From positions 1 to 32,442 of the forward strand of contig CAJMQA010000001.1 of NCBI GenBank assembly GCA_905215395.1: DNA of 32,442 nucleotides, in the 5' to 3' direction. Source of the DNA: an uncultured bacterium. GTDB taxonomy: Bacteria; Bacteroidota; Bacteroidia; Bacteroidales; Marinifilaceae. A program made the position numbers and the translations under genes. How positions within the stretch are numbered: position 1 is the first letter of the stretch; each line of letters starts with the position of its first letter. This document shows positions 17,905 to 26,253 of this stretch, one piece after another. Under the pieces are notes generated by a model, which worked only from the letters and a program-made list of their open reading frames with translations, made no database searches and was not told the DNA's origin.

Positions 17905-19163
17905 TCTTCTTCAACCAAACTGAAAATATACTGAATTTTGGCATCCCACATCAAAGCCGCCGGGTCATCTTTGAAAAAATCATATATTTCCATAAAAAAA
18001 TCTACCGGAGCATAATTGAATACGGTTACTTCCAATGTTTTTTCATCGTCCAATACCCTGAAGCCGACCTGAGCTTTCCGTTCATTGACCGTATTGGCAG
18101 AAAAACTAATATTGACTTTACTCATCTCGATCAAAGAATATACAACATAACTCGACGAACCTGTACGTATGGTTGTATCACTCACATAAGTCAATTCACA
18201 ATCCCTGAAATAATTCTTCATATCACCGGTAACATGAAGTTTCATTTTATTTTCATTTCCGGCAATAAATTCCAGGGTATCTGTCAGCAAATTATTCGTC
18301 GGCATATTGGTAAAATCACTGGATGACACAACACCTTCATAGGCACCCTTCAGCTCTTCAAAACTATCACAGCTCTTGAAGGCCCATTTACCGAACAATT
18401 TACCTACCGTAGTCGGTCCATACACTTTAACCGTTGTCTTTCCGTAATTTCCCAGCATAAATTTCTCTCCCGGATTGCTCAGTTCCAGAATTAATTTGTC
18501 CTTCCCCTCTTCCTGTTTCAAAAAATTCAGTTTGACAGAAGCATTCTTCTTGCCAGCCGGAATAACAAATTCCGCTGCATTGCCCTCTACATCGAAATGC
18601 ACACCTTTCACTGCTGTTGAAGACGGGTCTATTGTAAAAGGAAGATGAATATCTTCAGTAGCAATGTAAGCTAAGCCAGCCGGAGTTTTCAATTCGGCTT
18701 CGATGATCACTTCCCCGGCCAGTACATGGTAATCCGTTACAAAAGAATAGATGATCTTATCTTTTGTTTCTACCGAAATAGTCGTAGTTTTCACTGTTCC
18801 CAATTCAAATCCTCCCACAGCATTCAATTCCAGCTGAATCTGCATATCCGCTGTATAATTATCTTTCGGAGTAATCACGATCTGAGCTTTCGTTTCCCCT
18901 GCCTTCCGGTTAAACTCCTTAGCCGAGATCGTATAATCGATCCCTTCCCGTGCAGTTCCTGAAATAGTAAAACCTACGGTTGTGTTCTGTACAGCGGCGG
19001 CCGAAGCTTGCAATTCGACTATCAAAGACGCATCTGCACTTAATGTATAAACAGATTGGGAAAACGATAAAGCCGGAAGCTTCACATCGTCATCGTCGTC
19101 ACTACAAGACACCAGGGTACCCAGTACCACAAACAATGATAATAAAAAAATGATCCTTTTCAT
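17901..19163 (-). CDS. Surface lipoprotein with two Ig/Calx-beta-like repeats
   Basis: Lipobox LVSC plus acidic SDDDDD. Repeated SGTAREGIDY...AGETKAQI / STAVKGVHF...IPAGKKNASV units. Confidence 0.7.
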   Translation of the reverse strand: MKRIIFLLSLFVVLGTLVSCSDDDDDVKLPALSFSQSVYTLSADASLIVELQASAAAVQNTTVGFTISGTAREGIDYTISAKEFNRKAGETKAQIVITPKDNYTADMQIQLELNAVGGFELGTVKTTTISVETKDKIIYSFVTDYHVLAGEVIIEAELKTPAGLAYIATEDIHLPFTIDPSSTAVKGVHFDVEGNAAEFVIPAGKKNASVKLNFLKQEEGKDKLILELSNPGEKFMLGNYGKTTVKVYGPTTVGKLFGKWAFKSCDSFEELKGAYEGVVSSSDFTNMPTNNLLTDTLEFIAGNENKMKLHVTGDMKNYFRDCELTYVSDTTIRTGSSSYVVYSLIEMSKVNISFSANTVNERKAQVGFRVLDDEKTLEVTVFNYAPVDFFMEIYDFFKDDPAALMWDAKIQYIFSLVEEE

Positions 19164-19190
19164 AAGTTCAGATTTTAGTAAAAAATAAAT

Positions 19191-19391
19191 TTATTGACCT
19201 TTAATTGCATTTTTATATTCCTCTCGTTTTGTATCGATCCATATCCGCTCTTCGGGAGTCAAAGGAACGGGCTTGGGCATAACATAAGCCTCCGTCGATG
19301 TTTTCCGGTAGGGTGGCACTTCATTTTCGTCAGCACATGCACTGCAAATCATAACGATAAACAGTACTAAAAAACAAACCTTCGTCTTCAT
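19191..19391 (-). CDS. Small 66-aa lipoprotein
   Basis: Signal peptide II ending CSAC followed by acidic ADENE. Fills the gap between susD and the next lipoprotein on the same strand. Confidence 0.8.
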   Translation of the reverse strand: MKTKVCFLVLFIVMICSACADENEVPPYRKTSTEAYVMPKPVPLTPEERIWIDTKREEYKNAIKGQ

Positions 19392-19406
19392 ATTTTTCTG
19401 TATTAA

Positions 19407-20786
19407 TTATTCATAACCGGGATTCTGTTGCATACCCGGCACCAGAGCCAGGTCATTCCGATGTATGGGAGCTGTATACATAAACTTCTGACACACATAT
19501 TTTTGTCCGTCTTTTGCTACCCAAAATTCAGGACGTCCGTTCCGTTTAAGCTCAAACCAACGATCACCTTCCATAAACAACTCTTTCTGCCTTTCATTCA
19601 TAATAGCAGCCATCAGTCTGGTAAGAGGTTTTCCGGTTGCATCCACCCGGATCAAAGCATCCGGATTCACTTCGGGCAGATTTTCCATGGTATACGGAGC
19701 ATAAGAACTGATGCGGTGAGACCTTAGTAAATTCAGGTATTTGAGGGCATTTTTTGTATCCGAAAGCTGGGCATAAGATTCTGCCAGCATCAGTACCATC
19801 TCGGCACATCTCACCCGTCCCCGCAATACTTTTGTCTCTTCCCGCTTTTTATTAAATGAAAGGGTATAACGGATATCGGCCTCCTTCTCAGTGAATAAAT
19901 CAATAAAAGATTTGCTCACCGGACGATAAGGGGCAGCGGTACTTGCCTGTACCTCACTATTGTCTGCCGACCCCTGAAGGATATAGGAACGGATAAAAAC
20001 ATTCGATTTCGTAGTCGCTTTATCTTGTATCATCTTAATGTAATCGTTACCCTCAAGCAGGGGAAAATCCTTCAATAACTCTTCAGCTATGGGAATCACA
20101 TTTTCCCAATCCTGTACCCAGAAATATAACTTTGCCAGATATGCTTTGGCCACCTCCGCCTTAAACCGGTAAATATCCTTTTTCATATTGAAACCGATCG
20201 CCTTTTTCAAATCATCCCGGATAAATTCCACTGTCTTTTCCATAGAGGAGCGGTTCGTCAGTGCTTCCATGTCAAAACGGCTGACCAGAGGAAGACCCAA
20301 CTGGATCTTTGCCGCCGTTTTATCATAAGGCTCACAGAACCATCGCAAAAGATTATAATAGCATACCCCCCTCAAAGCATAAGAAGTCGCCAGAATATCT
20401 TTACCGAGTTCGGTATTCTGATTTTCCATATTTTCAATAATCAGATTGCAATTCCGTATTTTCTCATAGAGTTCCCGGTATACATTCTGATAACCATTCA
20501 AACGGGGAGCTACATACAAATCTAGCTGACTACCTTCGGGATAAATAGTCAGGCTGGCATCCAGATTATCGGCATAACTCTCATAATCCAGTACAGTACG
20601 GCTATTTCCAATGATAATCCTGTCTACACCATAATCTATATCGTTCAGAATGCTATGCAACAGAGCCGAAAATTCCTCCGGGGTTTTCGGAATAGTTTGT
20701 CCGTATGGTTTAAGATCCAGATAACTATTACAGGAGAAACATACCCCTAACAGCAGCAGCATTATTTTTATCTTCAAATTTTTCAT
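19407..20786 (-). CDS. RagB/SusD-family nutrient uptake lipoprotein
   Basis: Likely start MKNLKIK at 20786, lipobox CFSC-NSYLDLKP. Motifs ALRGVCYYNLLRWF, RCAEMVLMLAE, ERQKELFMEGDRWFELKR, QNPGY. Confidence 0.95.
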   Translation of the reverse strand: MKNLKIKIMLLLLGVCFSCNSYLDLKPYGQTIPKTPEEFSALLHSILNDIDYGVDRIIIGNSRTVLDYESYADNLDASLTIYPEGSQLDLYVAPRLNGYQNVYRELYEKIRNCNLIIENMENQNTELGKDILATSYALRGVCYYNLLRWFCEPYDKTAAKIQLGLPLVSRFDMEALTNRSSMEKTVEFIRDDLKKAIGFNMKKDIYRFKAEVAKAYLAKLYFWVQDWENVIPIAEELLKDFPLLEGNDYIKMIQDKATTKSNVFIRSYILQGSADNSEVQASTAAPYRPVSKSFIDLFTEKEADIRYTLSFNKKREETKVLRGRVRCAEMVLMLAESYAQLSDTKNALKYLNLLRSHRISSYAPYTMENLPEVNPDALIRVDATGKPLTRLMAAIMNERQKELFMEGDRWFELKRNGRPEFWVAKDGQKYVCQKFMYTAPIHRNDLALVPGMQQNPGYE

Positions 20787-20796
20787 ACACATATCA

Positions 20797-23700
20797 TTAA
20801 AATCCAACATTCAATCCTATAGTCACAGACCGGGAAACCGGATAGGTAGCTCCCGGTACCTCCGGGTCTATTCCGGAATATTTAGTTATGGTGAAAAAAT
20901 TATTCAATGTCAGGTTCAGACCGGCAGAAGAGAAATTTATCCGGTTCAATATTCTTTGCGGCAAACTGTAAGACAATGCGATAGTATTGATCCGCAGATA
21001 GGAAATATCTTCCAGTAAAGCTCCCCTTGTTATCGAAGTTGAGGTCGGATTATTAAGATCCAATCCCAATTTTTTTCCATAAGCATCTATCAGCCGGGGA
21101 TATTTCACTCCTGTCGTATTTTCCGGAGTCCATCGGTTACGGACCTCACGCCTCACATTCAGATGATTTCTATACAAGTCATTACGGGAAGTCGGGATAG
21201 ATTCCAACTTACTCCCACTGAGCAAATCATATCCTGCCGGAGATTCTATATTATCCACCATCTTTGCCTTTACCGAATAACTACCGCCTATACTCAGTCC
21301 GATATTTTTATAAGAAAAGTTCAGGTTGAATCCACCAGTAAAAGGAGCAACGGAAGTTCCCAGGTAATAATAGTAATTATTGGGCTCATGCAGATATCCG
21401 TCTTTATTAGTCACAGCATCCGGACGCAGTTTAAATTTATAAACCCCGGTTTCAGGGTCTATCCCTTCATATTTCCCGGAGAAGACAGCTCCCAGAGGAT
21501 ATCCCACATATTTATCCTGAACCAGCGAAGTATTGGGAGAATTATATTTTTTCAGCTTATTCTGATTCCAGGCGATATTGGCTGATACCGACAAATTATA
21601 ATCTTTACTTTTAAGAGCTGCTACCGATAATGAAAATTCAAATCCGTTATTCTGTAATACAGAGGTATTATATGACTGATTAAAAAATCCTGTAGTTACC
21701 GGAACATTTTCACTGGTCACACAATCCTTACTTTTCCGCCAGTAAGCTTCAACAATACCGTTGACCCGGTCCTTCCACAATCCGAAATCCAGAGCTACTT
21801 TCATATCCCTGGTCTTTTCCCATCTCAATTTTGGATTCGGTGCATTATTAATATACCCCATACGGTAATTTTCATCGTCGGATATCCGGAAATCTTTATA
21901 GTACTTCATCATCAGATTAGGTTTCACCGTCTTGTTGATATTCCCGGTATAACCGGTAGCTACACGCAATGACAACCGACTTAATACCGGACGGACAGCA
22001 TCCATAAATGCTTCTTCACTCATATGCCAGACAACACCTGCCGACCAGGTAGGATTAAACTGTTCATCACTACCAAAATTATTAGATCCGTCGGTTCGGA
22101 ATGATACATTCAATACATACCGGTCAAACAAAGAATAATCCAATGCTCCATAAAAAGAAGCAAAACGATTTTCTTCAATTTCCTGTCCTGACAGTTGGTC
22201 CATAGCATTAGCATAAGACACCAGATCCGAATATTTAAAACCTTCTCCATTGCCAGGATCTTTAGGAACCGGCATAGCTGAATTACCAGTCACAGGATCA
22301 TATCCGTAACGTTTTTCAAAAATACCTTCGGCCTTCTCGCCACGGATCTCAGCACCGGCCAGAACAGAAAAACGATGTACTTCCTTGTAAACATCGGAAT
22401 AACTCAATTGACCACGCAGACTATAACTCGAATTGTTGGTACTGGATTGTGACATCGAAGAATATGTGCGCTGACTATTTCCCTGAGTATCGAAATACAA
22501 ACGGTCGATAAATGCGGCATAAGTATCTTTCCCTTTATAATTATCACTTTTATTGTTCGTAAAAGAATAAGAAGCCAATCCCGAAAATTTGAATTGTTTA
22601 AAAAAGGAATAATCCAGATTAAAACGGGCCGTTGTAGAAAAATTATCGGTTTTACTTTCTGTTTCATTCATCTCCCTCAGCATATTAAACCCATTGGGAG
22701 GAATAGTAGGATCGTAACTTCCATTCACTTTGGGCAATTTATAATACGTATAGTCTGCCCGGTAAGAACCATCTTCGTTGAAAGGACGTTCATATGGATT
22801 TGCAAAATAAGCATAACTGAAAGGATCTGCTGACGGACCGGTGGAACTTTGCATAGCCATATCGAATCCCAATTGGAAATGCAAGCGTTTGTTCGGATTA
22901 GCATCTATTTTCCCACTCAAATTATAACGGTCGTAATCTGTTTTTTTTACAGCACCGTTATCTTTCGAATAACCGAAAGATATATAATACGTATTTTTCT
23001 CACTTCCCCCTGAAAACGACAAGTAATGATTGGTAGATAAAGCGGTCTGAAACAACAAATCGATCCAATCGGTATTTACAGAAGCCAGATCTCTGATATA
23101 TGCCTCCTGATCGGCACCACTCATGTTCCTGAACTCTTCTTTCCCCGAACGGATCATACCTATAATCCCTACAATGGGATAACGATCCCCACCGGCATAT
23201 CTCTCTGCCGCAAATTCATCCCACAATTCCTGTTCCCATTCCAGCTTTTCCCGGGAATTCATGAGTCCCGGATCACGGCCGGGTTTCATCACCATGGAGA
23301 TATTCATGGAATAGTTCACCGACATCTTTCCCGATTTTCCGGTCTTGGTTGTAACCACAATAACTCCCCCGGCAGCCCTTGAACCATAAATAGCTGCTGC
23401 TGCTGCATCCTTCAGAATAGTTACATTTTCGATATCATTGGGATTGATTCCAGCTACCCCGTTCGTAAAAATATCACTGAAATCTCCGGCTTTAATTTGT
23501 CCTGTCGAAATAACTGGAATGTTTTTTTGCAGAGGAACACCATCCACAACCCACAAAGGTTCTGCATTCCCTGTGATAGTATTGGTACCCCTGATCCGTA
23601 TTTTAGCAGACTCTCCCGGACGTCCGGAACGGGCCTGTACACTTACTCCGGCAATCTGTCCCTGCAACAGCTTGTCCATCGTCGGCAAGGCTTTATTTTC

Positions 23701-24363
23701 AAAAACTTTTTTATCCACAACCGCCACCGATCCGGTTGCCCTTCGTTTAGCGGTCTGTGTATATCCGGTACTGACAACCACCTCCTCCAACTCGCTGACA
23801 TGCGGACGCATTACTACGTTAATTTCACTCATCTGCGAAGAAATCTTAACCTCCTGAGTCTCCATACCAATAAAGGAAATTTGTAACACCTCGGTTCCTT
23901 CAGGCAAATCCAGCATAAAACTTCCGTCTATCCCCGTAGAAATCCCGATCGACGTTCCTTTGATCAATACTGTCACCCCCGGCATAGGTTCCCCTTTCTC
24001 ATCTTTCACCGTCCCCCGGAATGTACGGAAACGAGGTTGTTCTACCCTATTTTCCTGAAGAATAATGATATTATCCTGGATCCTGAAATTCAGTTCCGTC
24101 CCTTTCAATACCTCTTTCATTACTGCTTCCAAGGGTAAGTCTGTTACCTCCAGAGTAATTCCACCTATATTCCGGGTGAACTTTTCATTGTACATAAAAT
24201 TATATCCCGACTGCTTCCGGATTTCTTCCAAAACTTTAATGAAAGGAGCATCTGATACTTTCAGAGAAATCAGTCCTTGCTGTTGCCCGAAGACATATCC
24301 AGGGGACAAAACCACAAACATCAGCCATCCGCAGATAGCCGCGACTTCAATTTTTTTACCCAT
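20797..24363 (-). CDS. SusC/RagA-family TonB-dependent transducer with STN domain
   Basis: Likely start MGKKIEV at 24363 (the ORF extends to 24429). STN segment, PMPGVTVLIKGT, PLWVVDGVP, ILKDAAAAAIYGSRAAGGVIVVTTK, NPKLRWEKT, C-terminal GLNVGF. Confidence 0.96.
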   Translation of the reverse strand: MGKKIEVAAICGWLMFVVLSPGYVFGQQQGLISLKVSDAPFIKVLEEIRKQSGYNFMYNEKFTRNIGGITLEVTDLPLEAVMKEVLKGTELNFRIQDNIIILQENRVEQPRFRTFRGTVKDEKGEPMPGVTVLIKGTSIGISTGIDGSFMLDLPEGTEVLQISFIGMETQEVKISSQMSEINVVMRPHVSELEEVVVSTGYTQTAKRRATGSVAVVDKKVFENKALPTMDKLLQGQIAGVSVQARSGRPGESAKIRIRGTNTITGNAEPLWVVDGVPLQKNIPVISTGQIKAGDFSDIFTNGVAGINPNDIENVTILKDAAAAAIYGSRAAGGVIVVTTKTGKSGKMSVNYSMNISMVMKPGRDPGLMNSREKLEWEQELWDEFAAERYAGGDRYPIVGIIGMIRSGKEEFRNMSGADQEAYIRDLASVNTDWIDLLFQTALSTNHYLSFSGGSEKNTYYISFGYSKDNGAVKKTDYDRYNLSGKIDANPNKRLHFQLGFDMAMQSSTGPSADPFSYAYFANPYERPFNEDGSYRADYTYYKLPKVNGSYDPTIPPNGFNMLREMNETESKTDNFSTTARFNLDYSFFKQFKFSGLASYSFTNNKSDNYKGKDTYAAFIDRLYFDTQGNSQRTYSSMSQSSTNNSSYSLRGQLSYSDVYKEVHRFSVLAGAEIRGEKAEGIFEKRYGYDPVTGNSAMPVPKDPGNGEGFKYSDLVSYANAMDQLSGQEIEENRFASFYGALDYSLFDRYVLNVSFRTDGSNNFGSDEQFNPTWSAGVVWHMSEEAFMDAVRPVLSRLSLRVATGYTGNINKTVKPNLMMKYYKDFRISDDENYRMGYINNAPNPKLRWEKTRDMKVALDFGLWKDRVNGIVEAYWRKSKDCVTSENVPVTTGFFNQSYNTSVLQNNGFEFSLSVAALKSKDYNLSVSANIAWNQNKLKKYNSPNTSLVQDKYVGYPLGAVFSGKYEGIDPETGVYKFKLRPDAVTNKDGYLHEPNNYYYYLGTSVAPFTGGFNLNFSYKNIGLSIGGSYSVKAKMVDNIESPAGYDLLSGSKLESIPTSRNDLYRNHLNVRREVRNRWTPENTTGVKYPRLIDAYGKKLGLDLNNPTSTSITRGALLEDISYLRINTIALSYSLPQRILNRINFSSAGLNLTLNNFFTITKYSGIDPEVPGATYPVSRSVTIGLNVGF

Positions 24364-24437
24364 TTTGAGAAAAATAAAATTATAAACTTCTTTTTTGCTA
24401 TATTTGTGGAACATGTTTGTATAAAACATTTTGCGTT

Positions 24438-24478
24438 AAAGAGATTAGGAGAAAGGCCAAATTCACCCTAATCTCTTT
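24438..24478 (-). promoter_or_regulatory. Hairpin between fecR and susC, overlapping the fecR stop
   Basis: Perfect 12-bp inverted repeat AAAGAGATTAGG(24438-24449) / CCTAATCTCTTT(24467-24478). Confidence 0.65.
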
Positions 24479-25628
24479 TCTTTATGATATACACAGTCCT
24501 GTCCACTATTTTAAATTGAATATCTGCCGTCTGTACACTAATAGCTCCGAGTAATACTTCCAGAGACACATTCCGGGAAATATCGCCGGTATAAGCTTCC
24601 TCTTGAACATCCCCCAAATTCACAAAGTGCACATCATAATACCTCGCCACTTGTTTCAATATATCCGGCAAAGAAGTATGCCTAAAACAAAACAGGCCCT
24701 TTTTCCAGGCGATAAGTTGTTCCAGCGATACATCCGACATCCTGACAGACGCTCCCGGATGCTGTATATCCAATTCGGCAACCTGTCCGGGAGCCAGCAT
24801 TAAAGTATTCTCCCGATCACTGCTCATCTCTACAACTCCCTCTTCCAAAGCCGTATAAACTTTACCATCATCACCGAAAGTATTGATACAAAATGACGTA
24901 CCTAGTACCTTCACATTAAAATTTTCTGTTTGTACAATAAAAGGCTGACGAGGATTTTTGGCAACCTCGAAATAAGCCTCCCCGGAAAGAACTACTTCCC
25001 GAATATCACCGGAAAAAGCAAGCGGATAGGTAATTTTCGAATCTGAATTCAGCCAAACCTTTGTACCATCCGAAAATACCAGATGATAAAAAGCTCCTTT
25101 GGGAATAATCAGGGTATTGGTTTCTCCGGAATTCCGCTCCACAGAATCACAATGATATTCCAATTGACCATTATGCAAAATAACATTCCCTTCGATCTGA
25201 CGTACGTCTATATTTTTACGATCCGAGAGATCCAATGTCTTCCCTGAAGAAAGTACCAGCCGGATACCTTCCGGAACCGTCTCCGCAATTTCCGGTTGTG
25301 ACAAAAAACAGGACTGCCGGTAGAACAACCCGGCCGTTCCCAATAATAAACATATTCCGGCAGCCACAACTCCGGCTCTCAACCAGACATAAGTACGGTG
25401 AACAGTCCGTTTCTGAAATTTTCTCCATTGACGGTCGGTATCTATCTTTTCATAACGCCCGGACAATCCCTGAAGACCAATATTTTGCAGGTTTCTAAAT
25501 TCTGATTTATAACGTGGATTCTCTTTCTGCCATGCTTGCAGCTTTTCCGTCTCCCTGCGGTTTAACCCCAGAAGCCGGCGTTTGCAGATCAGACGAGCCA
25601 ATTCGATGTATTTCTGAATGGTTTCCAT
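24468..25628 (-). CDS. FecR-family anti-sigma factor
   Basis: One TM segment; FSDGTKVWLNSDSKITYP, REVVLSGEAYFEV, VLGTSF, AWKKGLFCF. Confidence 0.95.
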   Translation of the reverse strand: METIQKYIELARLICKRRLLGLNRRETEKLQAWQKENPRYKSEFRNLQNIGLQGLSGRYEKIDTDRQWRKFQKRTVHRTYVWLRAGVVAAGICLLLGTAGLFYRQSCFLSQPEIAETVPEGIRLVLSSGKTLDLSDRKNIDVRQIEGNVILHNGQLEYHCDSVERNSGETNTLIIPKGAFYHLVFSDGTKVWLNSDSKITYPLAFSGDIREVVLSGEAYFEVAKNPRQPFIVQTENFNVKVLGTSFCINTFGDDGKVYTALEEGVVEMSSDRENTLMLAPGQVAELDIQHPGASVRMSDVSLEQLIAWKKGLFCFRHTSLPDILKQVARYYDVHFVNLGDVQEEAYTGDISRNVSLEVLLGAISVQTADIQFKIVDRTVYIIKKRD

Positions 25629-26253
25629 TTATTCCTGTTTTGTATGTAAACAACCCAGGAGAAAAAAGGTATGAGTTAAAATTGATTTTTTTTATACTTT
25701 TTGTACAAACAAGCAAAATAAAAGAAACAGAATGCTCCAATATCTTTCTCAATTCCTTGTAAGCAACCATTTTATGTGATTTTACCGTAATAATACTAAT
25801 CCCCATCTCTTCGGCAATCTCTTTATTTCTTTTCCCTTCGAGATGTAATTTTATAACAGTCTGACATTGCGGAGTCAAACAACGGATAGCTTCATAAAGG
25901 ACATAATGTGTTTCTTCACTCAATACGGAACTGAACATGTATTCTTCCGACTCCAGCTCTTTCAGATATTTTTGTGAATATTGTTCTTTGATTTTATGGT
26001 GTTTCAGGTAATTAAGGGCTTTGTTTCGTATGGTTTTATAAATAAAAGCATGCAGCATCAAAGGAGAATCGTACTGGTTATTATCCGACTCCCAAACGGA
26101 AATAAACGTTTCCTGAACCAGATCTTCACAAATATAACCATCTTCAACAAAACGGGTAGTAAAAGCATAGAACTTGGAGAAATTCTCCTTGAAAAATTTT
26201 TCAAAAGACAGAATTTCTCCCGTTCCAAACTTTATCTGTTTATCTTTATTCAA
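25507..26253 (-). CDS. ECF sigma-70 factor; reading frame extended at the C-terminus into fecR
   Basis: EDLVQETFISVW, FIYKTIRNKALNYL, EIAEEMGISIITVKSH. TTG start overlaps the peptidase TGA stop. About 60 extra residues follow the usual hydrophobic tail. Confidence 0.9.
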   Translation of the reverse strand: MNKDKQIKFGTGEILSFEKFFKENFSKFYAFTTRFVEDGYICEDLVQETFISVWESDNNQYDSPLMLHAFIYKTIRNKALNYLKHHKIKEQYSQKYLKELESEEYMFSSVLSEETHYVLYEAIRCLTPQCQTVIKLHLEGKRNKEIAEEMGISIITVKSHKMVAYKELRKILEHSVSFILLVCTKSIKKINFNSYLFSPGLFTYKTGINGNHSEIHRIGSSDLQTPASGVKPQGDGKAASMAERESTL

